From contig NC_068984.1 of the NCBI RefSeq assembly GCF_001194135.2, positions 47,984,129-48,048,128 of the forward strand: a stretch of 64,000 nucleotides of DNA, given 5' to 3'. Source of the DNA: Octopus bimaculoides. Its lineage: Eukaryota. Every line of letters starts with the position of its first letter. Position 1 is the stretch's first letter. A model generated the notes under the pieces. The model worked only from the letters and a program-made list of their open reading frames with translations. It searched no databases and was not told where the DNA came from. Both the position numbers and the translations under genes were made by a program. This document shows positions 50,359 through 63,530 of the stretch, one piece after another.

Positions 50359-51189
50359 AAAGAGGATGATTGTAATTCAGTATATATGTTTATATTCCAA
50401 AGCGAATAGAAGTTTTTTTGTGAATGCAATTCCGTAGTGACGGAATACAAGGAAAATATAACAAATATAATTGAGGTTCCTGCTTTGCAATGAACAAAAG
50501 ACATCGCAATCATCGACCTCAAGCAAATGGCCATTTTCATCTTACTAGAAACATGTTACGGATTTAATGAGAGTAAGGACTAGGTTATAAACAGTAAAGA
50601 ATAAATAGACTATAAACAGTAATTTTCCGCCACTGACACTGAATATCTTCCGTCTAAATTTATCTCAATTGTGCTTACTCTCTCGCTTTACACGTCTCCT
50701 ACATATTTTTCATCGTGATTTATCATCAACCTCATCGTCGTCGTCGTCGACGTTGTAGTCGTCGTCGTTGTCGTCGTCGTCACCATCTTTGCTAAGCAGG
50801 AGCAGACAAACTGAATGAAGGCACTTTTCCATATCTTGGGGATGAAAGAGTAATTCGGGAATTTTGCCTGTGGTTTATCCCGGAGTATCCTAAGTAGGCT
50901 ACCCCGTTATTGGGGATTCTATTTATCTATTTAAAAAAAAATTTAATTATCTATTATTTAGTATTTGTTTCTCTACTTTCTATTATATATCCCCTGTTAT
51001 ATACCTTAATTTCCTTTGATCGCTGTAAACACTACTTGTTTTGTTTTTCATTTTGTTTTGTAATTTTTGCTTTTGCTTTGTTTTGTGTAGTGTAACCCGT
51101 CCGTCGATATTGTCCTCCATGGCTTGGATCCTTGTGGCCGATAAAAGAGATTATCATTATTAGTATCATTCTTCTTCTTATCATTATTT

Positions 51190-51480
51190 CTTTTTATCAC
51201 AGGCTTTGTTGGAGCTCCTGGAGTCTTGCATGCGTAGCAGGCTTGCTACCTGCAGCCTCAGGTACCATGTTATCCGTTCTTTGCAAATATCAAATACTTT
51301 CCTAATTATTCTGGTCGTGCCAAGGAGGCAAAACTTTCGTAACAGTTCTATTTCAATTTCCTTTATATTCCACTTGATACCTTCTGATACAATCCCCAAG
51401 GACCCAACAATAATTGCCATTATCTTCACCTTCTACATTTTCCATAGACGAGCTATTTCGTACTTAAGAGGCTTGTATAT
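51190..51480 (-). mobile_element. R4/Dong-like RLE LINE 3' end
   Basis: YKPLKYEIARLWKM*KVKIMAIIVGSLGIVS...ELLRKFCLLGTTRIIRKVFD; UTR followed by TAA/GAA-type repeats; 5' junction in (GAA)n. Confidence 0.8.
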
Positions 51481-51482
51481 AT

Positions 51483-51655
51483 TCTTCTTCTTCTTCTTCT
51501 TCTTCTTCTTCTTCTTCTTCTTCTTCTTCTTCTTCTTCTTCTTCTTCTTCTTCTTCTTCTTCTTCTTCTCCTCCTCCTCGTCCTCCTCGTCCTCCTCCTC
51601 CTCGTCCTCGTCCTCGTCCTCCTCCTCGTCCTCCTCCTCCTTTATTATTATTAAT
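51483..51655. repeat. (TTC)n-(TCC/TCG)n-(TTA)n array
   Basis: Direct reading. Confidence 0.95.
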
Positions 51656-52519
51656 TCTCTTTTTTTGTTACTGACAAGATGTCAGTAGTGAGAATGTCTT
51701 TCTCTGGCTTCACTTTATGTTTTACAATTATAACTAAAAGAGTTTTCATTTTCGACATTTATTGAATATGTTGGAAAGTTTACTTCCTCGGTCATTACAA
51801 AACAAAATCTGTGTTTTTTAATAAATTATTTTGAATTTATTCTACCGTAAAACACTAAAGTAGAAATACAGCATCTTTTCTCCGATTCTGATTTCAGAAA
51901 GATGACATTGAACAAAGCAAAATAACCACAAAAGCAACGTATAAATAGCAAGACTATGTCACTGAGACGCAAAACATCGTTATTAAATGAAAACAATAAC
52001 CGTTACAGCATTCCAATAGAACAATAAACTTAACGGTTACTTTTTACAACGACAGCAACAATAAAAACTAAAGTATATATGCAGCTATCTTTCCGGACGT
52101 AACGACGAATAAGAAAAGACCCTCAATATGCAACATGTTGCTGAAAGTTGGAGAGCTTGGAATTTGATTTGTTCACCGGATTTCCAGCAGAAAGCTAGTG
52201 AGAAGAAGAAAGTAGACTTCCTTATTCCATCTAAGGGAAAGACGGAGACCATATGATACTTTATGTGATATCATTAAAACAGAGACCAGCATAGCAAGCA
52301 AAATCTAGAGTATGTGACACACGTGCTCGTAATCAAACTATGCAATATTTCCGAAGACGGTATACAAAGGTTTCTAGCAGAGACAACAATGATGACGTCT
52401 AGCAGAGACAACGATGATGATGATGTCACATTTGTAGTACAATAATGGTAAGTAGTCAGTTCGGATGTAACATTTGATGACATGAGTTAGACTAGAATCA
52501 CATATATTGATCTTGTATG

Positions 52520-52960
52520 ATTGCAATAAAATATCAGAACGCTGTCCTATAGAGAATATTGAGAAGAAGACATTAATAATCAACATCTATTGTAAACGAT
52601 GGAGCTACTACATATACGGTAGAAAACACACACAAAACGGTTCTGCACAGAACGTCTATAAAAACAAAAAAAAAGATAAACACATCATTATGGGTCTTAG
52701 GAACACGCGAGTTACAACTCTTGCAATCTGCTGATAAAATTTCTCTGCCATCATTACAAGAAGAATTGACCCACGAGGTTCAAAAGCCACCTCACCCAGT
52801 CACGAATGGTGAATAACTAAATGTCAGACACAATAACAACGACCACAGCTAGTAATGAACGGCTAAGAATTAACAGTTCCTTGGAAGACCACACTCATAT
52901 TATGATGTTGGAAATGATTTGAAGGTCGATAATAATAAGACTTTCGAAAAAGACTAACAA
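52520..52960 (+). mobile_element. Highly decayed RLE-type LINE remnant
   Basis: Q*QRPQLVMNG*ELTVPW (cf. RPD.....ELTVPWE), preceded by RCP....TL..NIYC...YIYGRKH. Confidence 0.35.
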
Positions 52961-53865
52961 CTGCAGCGGGGTAAATCAAAAACAGTTTTGAAAAATCCGA
53001 GGAGCAGAACTACCTTGAACAAAAACAAATCAGCCGCGATTTGAAAAGATCATCTGTAATAAGTATTTGTACAGCATTCACATAAAATATCAGGACGAAG
53101 TGCAGATCGAGACGAAAACCTGATTTCATCTTAAACTGCATAAAAGACAGAATACTAGGAAATATTTCGGATGGACTGTATGAAGTGTTGTTTTGGTGAT
53201 CGATATGATATGTCCCATTTTTTGCCCACACGGTAGATTTTCAAATTTCCAAAGAAAAGAAGTGTAGCCAGATAATTAGCGTACTCCGATCAACGCAGAA
53301 GACAATTTCTTAAATTATAAATCTTGTTTTAAATATTGCTCGTTTAATCCTACATTTATGTGTTTGTGCGTGTATGAGTGTGTGTATATGTGAATGTATA
53401 TGTGTATGTATGTGCGTATGTATGTTTGTGTGTATGTAGGCATGTATGTATATATTATGAATGTATGTATGTATGTATATTTTAGTTTTGGACAAATGGA
53501 CTTTTTGTAGGTAGATATAGATATAGATGTCTATGATGAAGTAATATCTACGTCTGCAGAATCCCGAAGAGAAACATAAGACCGTATTGCTGATATACAA
53601 AGTAGCACATGCACTGTACATGTACGGAAAGAGCAAAAATAACAAGGCAAAAAATATAATATAAAAAATAAATAAATTTTGGAATCATATTTCCCAAAAT
53701 AATAATGTTAAAGATTTAATTCCAACTGATACAGTATTTATGTAAAAGGTGCATCCCATTTGAACAATCTATATACATGAAATGTACAAAAAGTATTTTT
53801 GATATAACTATTTAGATCCATGTAACTACAATCAACATACATGCATATACTTGCGGATACATATA

Positions 53866-53898
<33 letters not shown>

Positions 53899-56800
53899 NN
53901 NNNNNNNNNNNNNNNNNNNNNNNNNNNNNNNNNNNNNNNNNNNNNNNNNNNNNNNNNNNNNNNNNNNNNNNNNNNNNNNNNNNNNNNNNNNNNNNNNNNN
54001 NNNNNNNNNNNNNNNNNNNNNNNNNNNNNNNNNNNNNNNNNNNNNNNNNNNNNNNNNNNNNNNNNNNNNNNNNNNNNNNNNNNNNNNNNNNNNNNNNNNN
54101 NNNNNNNNNNNNNNNNNNTTTGAACCTTATCTTTAATATAACACATGTTCCAGTAATTTCCTTAACGATTACCGTATTATTACTTCTTGCCATAGGTAGA
54201 TTTCTTTGACATGTGTCTTTAAATAGATAGCAGAAATGCCTTTGGATTTATACAAATTTTGTGCTTTGTTCCTGCTATTACTTGGGTGTGGTGAACTTTG
54301 GGAACTCAAATTGAGACGAGTGTGAAAAATCTAAAATAAAACATATTGAAATCTTGTTTTGATTAATGCCGGTTAATCAGATATTCGTGCTTCCTATCTC
54401 CACGTATGTCTCTATCGTATATTTCTTTGTGCGTGTGTGTTAGTATCTTTGTGTGTGCTTATTTCTATTCAATTGTACATTTGTATATGTATGTGGTTGA
54501 TTGCTTGTGTTTGTTTATGTGAGTGATTTTATGCACGCGAGTGAACATTTGTTTCTGAATAATTTTAAGCTTTTCTGCTTCTACAAATGATTGCCTGCTT
54601 ATGTAGCTGTTTGCATCCACGTTTGCGTGGGAGATGTATGAACTTGCGTGTTTGTATGTATGTTGCATTTGATTGCGTGTTGTCAGCGTTCCATTTATGG
54701 TCTTTTTTTATGTATGTACTCTTTTCTTTGATGTAGAATCTGTTTTTCAAAAACTGACTATTGTGAAAAAAGAAAAATATCGCCACAGCATGGCAACAGC
54801 CATAGGGCTGAAACGTATAAACGAATAAAAGAATATTTCGTAGAGATTATTTATAAATAAGTAGACTTGCGTGAGGCAACCTCATTTTTATATGTAAATT
54901 TGTGTATGCTAATTTTATTTATTGCTTCTATTTAATCTACGCATTTTTATGTACCTGTCTTTGCATAAGTGCGTATGTAACTCCCGTAAAGCCAAATAAT
55001 CGATATTTTCGAAAATATGGAAAATGAAATATAGGACAAGATCTGGGATTTTAACCAGGTTGTGAAACCAATATACAAGCCCCAGTGTTATTAATCATTT
55101 TCAATGAAGCATATTTAAATATTTCGTCAAATTATAAATGCATGTAGCAAGAAAGGGAATCAGCGTCCCACATTTCACATTATGTTTACAGATATATTCA
55201 TTAGCACAAGCACAACTCATGTACATAATGTTATATNNNNNNNNNNNNNNNNNNNNNNNNNNNNNNNNNNNNNNNNNNNNNNNNNNNNNNNNNNNNNNNN
55301 NNNNNNNNNNNNNNNNNNNNNNNNNNNNNNNNNNNNNNNNNNNNNNNNNNNNNNNNNNNNNNNNNNNNNNNNNNNTATATATATATATAGATATATAGAT
55401 ATATATACAATGAAACATACACACTCGCATTCAGAGATACGCATATTTGTGCATGTGTTTGTGCGTGCATGTGTGTGAATCTGTTTACTTTTATGAATGA
55501 GAGAGAGATAAATACTTAATGTATAAGTAGAGAATTAACTTACATTTTCTCTAGTAAAAAATTCCGATGGGTGATCGCTACAAGCGTTTCTCATTTGTGG
55601 TATCTCGAAGAAAGCTATGATTCCTTAAAATTTTCTCAAAACTTTAACATTATTATCATCAGCGCTTTTACTGCTTTGTCTCTTTTATTTTTCAGAGCTT
55701 GGATACCTAATTCTTTATTACTTTTTTTCTTAGTAGAAATAAGAATATTTAACTGTGAGGTGCCCTTAATTTTCTGAAGAAAACTGCGAACACGAATTAA
55801 AGTTGCTTCCTCTCTGTTCTGCCATTTCTCTTATATATTTTCCTAAGAGTGTCGATTTAAAAAAAATGTGTGACACATTTCTCCCGCAATATTTTCATAT
55901 CATGACTAAGTAACTAAGCTAAACTAAAATACAATTAAATATTAAATGATAAAATTTGGCAAATAATATGTCAAGAAATGACCAAAGTGTTCATTACCAC
56001 TGCAACACATAAAAATCCAAATATCTAATGATAGTTGATAATATTATTAAAGTTAAGCACACGGTTGCGGTCGATTAGGTCATTCTTTAGTACTGATGAA
56101 AAGGAATACGTCATTTGAAGGGATTTGAAGGAAACGTGAAGAAATGAAAGCTGCAAGTTATTTCCTTGTCCCTTTGTACCGATTCTGACAATTCTCAATC
56201 ACTCGAGCTACGCTAGGCCAGGTCATCTATTGAATTAGTCAATTTACATCAACTGATTCTTACGTCATAAAATTCGCTCAAGCAAATTGCAGAAACATGA
56301 CCGTTGGGATCTAAATTCAAACTAGAATAGAACTTAGTTACATATACTAAGGCCATTTTCTGCCGAAATACTGGCTCTTCAGTCCATAGATAATATATTC
56401 CAAATGAGTAATACAAAATTCGTTAAGCGTAGTCCAGATCATGTCTAAAGTAATACATACATATATATANNNNNNNNNNNNNNNNNNNNNNNNNNNNNNN
56501 NNNNNNNNNNNNNNNNNNNNNNNNNNNNNNNNNNNNNNNNNNNNNNNNNNNNNNTATATATATATATATATATATATATTTGATTAATAGGTATTAGAAT
56601 TCGGTATCGATTTTCGTTTACCGTTAGGTAGCAGTTTATTTGGATTGTCTGGGGAGAGTTAATAGAGAAAGTGTATCAAGTTGAGAGGATTTTGCATTTG
56701 AAATGAATGATAAATATAAACACGTCTTATTACTTACTGTCAGGCACAGTGACAAATATACAAAAGCAAAAGCAAACATGCAAACACAAACACTCTTGGA

Positions 56801-56925
56801 TACATATATACATATGTATATATGTGTTGGGGTAGCGTGTGAGTCGGGGTGAAAATATGTGCGTGTGTATATGAATGTAATATATGTATATCTATAAATG
56901 CATGTAATGTACATGTATATACATG

Positions 56926-56990
<65 letters not shown>

Positions 56991-57000
56991 NNNNNNNNNN

Positions 57001-57063
<63 letters not shown>

Positions 57064-57109
57064 TAGTTCTTGGGTCGGCAGATTCATAGAAAAATATATA
57101 TCGGTTTCT

Positions 57110-57295
57110 AACACCGGTAGAATGCTAGAAAGTAAGGAAAAGTGTTTAGAAGAATGTATCGACCCAAATACCTAATGGTACTTTTATTTCATCGACCACG
57201 TAGTGATGAAATAGAAAGTTGAATATGGCAGGATTTAAAGAAAGAATGTATAGAAGCAGAAAAAGTAGTTCTAGGCATATTGTCCTGCACTTTAT
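57110..57295 (-). mobile_element. SINE family A, old copy
   Basis: tgtatcgacccaaatacc.aatggtacttttatttcatcgacc...gatgaaa.agaaagttga..atggcaggattt. Confidence 0.45.
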
Positions 57296-58736
57296 GATAA
57301 ATCCTACGGAAGCCAATATCTACTTCTTTCTTTCTATCATGAGACAGTGAGAGATATCTCGTCTGAATTATCTACATATTTGATCTACATACTTTTGATT
57401 GCATCATCAAAATTCCACATTAATGACACCACGCAAGCAAACTAATGTTCAGTAGACTTAGAGGAGAGGTTTAAATCTTGCTCAATCGGTGGTGTGAAAG
57501 TGGGGACAATTCAATTTGCGAACAACATTTTAGGGTACAATCTTGAATGAGAATTTTTTCTTAATAAATATAACAATAATTAATAATTAAATTAATAAAT
57601 AATAAAAATAAATTAAAAGTTATAGGAGTGATTCATTATTGCACATGTGACATCAGTCATATTTAGCAACAAAATTTTCATTTAGAGGAATTTTCTAACA
57701 TAGCAGACTACATTTTGAAACTTTTCAAAAGCATTTCATAAAATTGATTTGGCATCCCTACAATAATCAGTGAAAATTCGTAAGTTAGTAAGAATCCGTA
57801 AAGTGGATATCATCAGTTATTTGCAGCCAAATTAATGATGTAACCATTACCTAAATGTCCGTGTAGAACACTCCCGTGAAATCCAATCATATTAATGCCA
57901 GTCCAAACTACAATTTATTCTCGGTAAACACTACGCTGAAAATAAATTTCATATTCAGTGAAGTAGCAGGGTCGTTATAGTTGACAATATTAATCATCAT
58001 AATGCCTATCTAAATTACCTTAATAACGCTGGCACATTTTTGCGACCGGTTTGTAATTACACATACCTGTTCTTGGTATCTATTTATAACAACGTATACT
58101 TGATCAACCATGTAATTACTTGAATCGGTTACAGTAATAGCATATCAATATAGAATGGATGTGAAACATCGATCCTGTAATCCTAAATCGCATATAGTTG
58201 GGCATGAAAATTGAAATTTTCATCATTACTTGTCACATAATGAAAATGGAAACGGAAAGATGTCTATAAATTTGGTAAGTGACGTATCGAAGTACATTAA
58301 TATATATATTAATTGTCAAACAAATGAACGATCTTAAATAAAGTAGTTTATTTGTTTTTCAGTTAATAAACACAATATTAATCAATAATTATTCTCTCAA
58401 TTAGTAATCACAAACTTGGTAAATAAGCATACAACGTACCTTATAGTATGCAAATTACTGCGTTATATTTAAAGTTTAATTATTTCCGGAGCTGAAGTTA
58501 ATTGTTGTCCTATTCGGAACGACAAAATGAATATGCTATTTGCCGAACGATATTCACAGTAACACTTGGACACAAGTGAACTGGTAGCCAAAATCGCTTG
58601 CTGACTTGGTTTTAAGAGCTCAAATCTAGCTGTAGTTATCATTGTCATTCATCCTTCAAGTTCAATAAAATAAAGTGCCACCGGATTAATAGAGTCAACC
58701 ACAGAATTTTAACTTTACATGTATTTTACAAAAGTT

Positions 58737-59014
58737 TTCTTCTTCTTCTTCTTCTTCTTCTTCTTCTTCTTCTTCTTCTTCTTCTTCTTCTTCTTCTTCT
58801 TCTTCTTCTTCTTCTTCTTCTTCTTCTTCTTCTTCTTCTTCTTCTTCTTTTTCTCCTCCTCCTCCTACTCCTCCTCCTTCTCCTTTTTCTTCTTTTTCTT
58901 CTAATTATTATTATTATTATTGTTGTTGTTGTTGTTGTTGATATTATGATTATAATAATAATAATAATAATAATAATTATTATTATTATTGTTATTGTTA
59001 TTATTATTATTATC

Positions 59015-59062
<48 letters not shown>

Positions 59063-59070
59063 TGTTGTTG
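58737..59070. repeat. Mosaic trinucleotide array (TTC)-(TCC)-(TTA)-(TTG)-(TAA)-(TTA)-(TAG)-(TTG)
   Basis: Direct reading. Confidence 0.95.
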
Positions 59071-59469
59071 ACGAAAGCTGTTACTAACTAATTTAATTAG
59101 CATGGATGTTATCTTCAATCCTCAAGTATCATTCTAAGGAACATTGTAAGGCACACGATGAATCATTTTTGCTGGTCACTTCCAATATCCTTGTTCAATA
59201 ACTACCCAATAAATATTACCATTCTCTTCCGCAATCTCTTAATTTATCAGTCTAAGTTCTGATATTTATCAATTTTCTCGGTGTGGAAATAATCGTGAGA
59301 GTCAGCACATTCGCTAAAATAACGTATCAAATACTGAGTTTCACTAAACGGTTTTAAGGGCGTTAGAATCAACAGAGTCACAGAAAGCCCTTGTTTCTAG
59401 TTACGGATGTGTTCTAGAGGTGAAAAGAAATATGACGCAAGACTAAGAGCGATACGTATCACGCAAAAT

Positions 59470-59496
59470 TACTACTACTACTACTAATACTACTAC

Positions 59497-59528
<32 letters not shown>

Positions 59529-59607
59529 ATAATAATAATAATAATAATAACAATACTGCTACTGCTGCTGCTGCTGCTTCTGCCACTACTACTACTACTA
59601 CTACTAT

Positions 59608-59642
<35 letters not shown>

Positions 59643-59726
59643 ATAATAATAATAATACTGCTGCTGCTGCTTCTGCTGCTGCTTCTGCTGCTGCTTCTGC
59701 TGCTGCTTCTGCTGCTGCTTCTGCTG

Positions 59727-59781
<55 letters not shown>

Positions 59782-59782
59782 A
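59470..59782. repeat. Mosaic (CTA)n-(TAA)n-(CTG)n array with 12-bp ctgctgctgctt units
   Basis: Direct reading. Confidence 0.95.
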
Positions 59783-60479
59783 TTTAACGCTAATTACTTC
59801 TCATGATCACTTCACCGATCGCTATAGCATCATAATCATACTGTAGAACGATTACACATTTCGTAAGGTGACGACTCACGGAATATATGTACACAGATAA
59901 GAATCTTGTTTCATGGCAAAAATACCTCGTTTGCAACTATCATTAGAGTTGATTAGCATGTGTACTTCGACACGCGAATACTCTACATAAGCATAATCTT
60001 TGAAGTTTTTCAGGGAAGAATAGATTGAACGAAATTCTTCAACATTTTTTTTTTATCATTATCTAAAATTACATTATCTAAAATTACATTATCAGGTATA
60101 TTTAATACGTATTTTGTATAATGATACGCCCGTTGACCGCAGAAAGAAATTGTGCATAGGAAATCTAATTCAAATTCTCATACACACATTCCAATAACGG
60201 AAATGAGACATAGTCTATAACAGAATGTTATTCTTAGTACGAGCGTTACTAATTAAATATGTAGGGATAGAGAAGTTCCACAGAAAATATATGCAGTCTC
60301 TCACTCATTCACTCAAACACTCAAACACTCACTCAATCACTCACTCACTCTCTTACTCACTCACTGACACACTTACTGACTGACTGACTTACTCAATCAC
60401 TCCCTCCCCCACTCACTCACTCATTCATTCACTCATGCATACTTACGCATATAATGTATTAGGTCGCCAAGTATGAAAT

Positions 60480-60860
60480 TTGTAGAAAAGAAGAATGTTT
60501 GCTAATGTTTTATAAATACAATAGTTTTATTCATCAAAGTATGCACCCATATTGCCAATACACTTTTGCCATTTCAGCAGTAGCTTGTCCAGCCTGGAAC
60601 TGTAAAATCCTGGCAATCTAGAGTTAATGAAATCTTGGAAGCCCTGTTTTACAGCATCGTCAGAATTAAATTTTCTTCCTATCAAAAACTTATCCAAATT
60701 CTGGAAGAAGTGGTAGTCAGAGGGGGGAAAGATCAGGTGAGTATAGTGGACGATGGAGAACTTCCAACTCCTGAAGTTTCGGCAATGTCATTTTTGCGAT
60801 GTGTGGTCTGGTGTTGTCTTGCAATGATGTAGGAATGGATATGTTGACTGTTTTTTTTTT
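60480..60860 (-). mobile_element. Mariner transposase 3' fragment
   Basis: LQDNTRPHIAKMTLPKLQELEVLHRPLYSPDLSP..YHFF; ends in a W.KCI...G.YFDE-like terminus. Confidence 0.85.
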
Positions 60861-60884
60861 GTAAGTTTCTCCATCATTTTGTAT

Positions 60885-61090
60885 TTGTGTGTCTGTGTTT
60901 GACCGCCCACTATCGCTTGACAACCGATGTTGCTGTGTTTATGTCCCCGTAACTTAACGGTGAGGCAAATACAGAGCGATAAAGTACTAGGCTTATAAAG
61001 AATAAGTCCTTGGGTCGATTTCTGTGAGCAACGGTGGTACTCCAGTATGGTCGCAGTTAAATGACTGAAACAAGTAAAACAGTAAAAGTA
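60885..61090 (+). mobile_element. SINE family B 3' half, internal deletion
   Basis: gtgtctgtgtttg.cc...atcgcttgacaaccgatgttg.tgtgtttatgtccccgtaactta...ggtggtactccagtatggtcgcagttaaatgactgaaacaagtaaaa. Confidence 0.88.
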
Positions 61091-62157
61091 AAAGAATAAT
61101 TAATAATGGAGAGGTTATTAATAAAATATCATTTATTAATTATAAAATATGACAACATCTCTGACAGCTGTTTCGATTCAGTAACATTTAAATAATTAAT
61201 TTATAAAATTAAAATCATTATGTGAATCTCTTCAGCCTTTACTTGAATATATATGCACACACACACACAAACACACACACACACACANNNNNNNNNNNNN
61301 NNNNNNNNNNNNNNNNNNNNNNNNNNNNNNNNNNNNNNNNNNNNNNNNNNNNNNNNNNNNNNNNNNNNNNNNNNNNNNNNNNNNNNNNNNNNNNNNNNNN
61401 NNNNNNNNNNNNNNNNNNNNNNNNNNNNNNNNNNNNNNNNNNNNNNNNNNNNNNNNNNNNNNNNNNNNNNNNNNNNNNNNNNNNNNNNNNNNNNNNNNNN
61501 NNNNNNNNNNNNNNNNNNNNNNNNNNNNNNNNNNNNNNNNNNNNNNNNNNNNNNNNNNNNNNNNNNNNNNNNNNNNNNNNNNNNNNNNNNNNNNNNNNNN
61601 NNNNNNNNNNNNNNNNNNNNNNNNNNNNNNNNNNNNNNNNNNNNNNNNNNNNNNNNNNNNNNNNNNNNNNNNNNNNNNNNNNNNNNNNNNNNNNNNNNNN
61701 NNNNNNNNNNNNNNNNNNNNNNNNNNNNNNNNNNNNNNNNNNNNNNNNNNNNNNNNNNNNNNNNNNNNNNNNNNNNNNNNNNNNNNNNNNNNNNNNNNNN
61801 NNNNNNNNNNNNNNNNNNNNNNNNNNNNNNNNNNNNNNNNNNNNNNNNNNNNNNNNNNNNNNNNNNNNNNNNNNNNNNNNNNNNNNNNNNNNNNNNNNNN
61901 NNNNNNNNNNNNNNNNNNNNNNNNNNNNNNNNNNNNNNNNNNNNNNNNNNNNNNNNNNNNNNNNNNNNNNNNNNNNNNNNNNNNNNNNNNNNNNNNNNNN
62001 NNNNNNNNNNNNNNNNNNNNNNNNNNNNNNNNNNNNNNNNNNNNNNNNNNNNNNNNNNNNNNNNNNNNNNNNNNNNNNNNNNNNNNNNNNNNNNNNNNNN
62101 NNNNNNNNNNNNNNNNNNNNNNNNNNNNNNNNNNNNNNNNNNNNNNNNNNNNNNNNN

Positions 62158-62200
<43 letters not shown>

Positions 62201-62242
62201 TATACGTGCACATGTACATATATGTGTATGTCTGAGAGGCAA

Positions 62243-62273
<31 letters not shown>

Positions 62274-62943
62274 CAGACAGAGAAAGATGCAATCGCTCAC
62301 TCATTCGCCACCGTATCAGGATGCACTTTCACTGAACTTTAAGTATATATCTGCGGTATGCTTGTTTTTATTTATACGAGCTTTCCAGAATATAGAGTAT
62401 TGTTTAAAGAAGATCTTATTTCTTAATGCCACGCGCCCTACTTGCATCATGTAGAAAACATTGTTGAAATATTTTCTCGTTTGGAATTTCCACGAACATA
62501 CATGCCAACACTTTTCCTCTCTTTCTGTGTCTCTCACACAGACACGCAAACACATAGATAGATAGATAGATAGACGTTATATAAACAGGAAGATAGAATC
62601 AGATTCATATGCGAATATATATGCATAAATGTTCGTACGTGTATATGTATGAGTATGTATACTTGTTTGGACATGTGTTTGTATGTGTGTTTGTGTACGT
62701 ATGTATATATGCGTATGCATGCATGTATGCACAATAGGTTTTTTTACATCCATTATATTTCAATCTTGACTCATTAAAACTTTTCACAATTCAATTAAAA
62801 TTGTAGTATTTTGGTTTGAAAGCGTTTTCAAAGAATCACTTATTTTGGAGTTGATAATGTCCTACAGTTCTATATTTAAGAGATGAGGAATTATTTACAT
62901 TATTTACATTTGACGGATATTTGTCCTCAACTTTTTCGTTGTT

Positions 62944-62989
62944 AACACAACGTTTCGGCTGATATATCCTCCAGCCTTCGTCAGGTGTC
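62944..62989 (-). ncRNA. Minimal type-I hammerhead ribozyme of PLE type
   Basis: GACAC CTGACGA A GGCTG-GAGGATATAT-CAGCC GAA ACGT T GTGTT; helix I GACAC/GTGTT, loopless palindromic helix III ACGT, predicted cleavage after U at 62949. Confidence 0.85.
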
Positions 62990-63077
62990 TTGGGGAAATT
63001 TCGAACCTGGGTTCTCATTCCGATGTTACTATTATTATTATTATTATTATTACTATTATTATTACTATTATTAATCC

Positions 63078-63150
63078 GGTCGCTGCCGTGAATCGAACTC
63101 GAAACCTTGGGGTTAGTAGCCCGCGCTCTTAACCACTACGCCATATGCCC
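63078..63150 (-). promoter_or_regulatory. tRNA-derived segment with Pol III A and B boxes (not a functional tRNA)
   Basis: A-box TGGCGTAGTGG (63143-33), B-box GTTCGATTC (63098-90), D-stem GCGT/GCGC, anticodon arm GGG-CTACTAA-CCC; acceptor and T stems do not pair. Confidence 0.8.
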
Positions 63151-63451
63151 GTGGGCAATTATGGGTGAATTTTAAGGCTTATAAATCTATTATTTTTCTA
63201 GCCTTCCTCAAAACCGGTTCCCATATGCTATTCATATCTGCACTCGGTCTGCTTAGGAGGTTGTTGTGTCCTAGCATATGTGCTGCTTCTTTTAGTTTTC
63301 GTATTTTCCAGTGTTGTTCCCTGTCTATTATTTTAACTTCATCCCACAGGGGGAGGTGGTTTCCATTTTTCCATACATGATCAGCTATACCCGATTTATC
63401 AATATCTCCTCGTGTCACAGCTTTGCGATGTTTTTCTACCCTTATTTTGAG

Positions 63452-63530
63452 GGTACCTACTTCAGTATGGACACTGATAAATATCGACAAGAAGATGGTT
63501 TAGCTATGGGTTCGCCATTATCACCGATAA
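63452..63530 (+). mobile_element. Inverted PLE RT segment (motif B)
   Basis: TYFSMDTDKYRQEDGLAMGSPLSPI on +, joined at GGTACC (63452-57) to the minus-strand endonuclease; cut by a 10-N gap. Confidence 0.85.

Larger units (their letters stand above)
62860..63456 (-). mobile_element. Penelope/Poseidon-type PLE: endonuclease C-terminus plus composite 3' UTR
   Basis: TLKIRVEKHRKAVTRGDIDKSGIADHVW...H..LWDEVKIIDREQHWKIRKLKEAAHM....LLSRP; stop at 63179-81; UTR contains tRNA-like segment, (TAA)n and HHR. Confidence 0.85.

Noticed and set aside
63078-63150. Functional tRNA gene with ACT anticodon
   Set aside because: Acceptor and T stems do not pair and there is no Ser-type long variable arm; treated as a tRNA-derived promoter segment.
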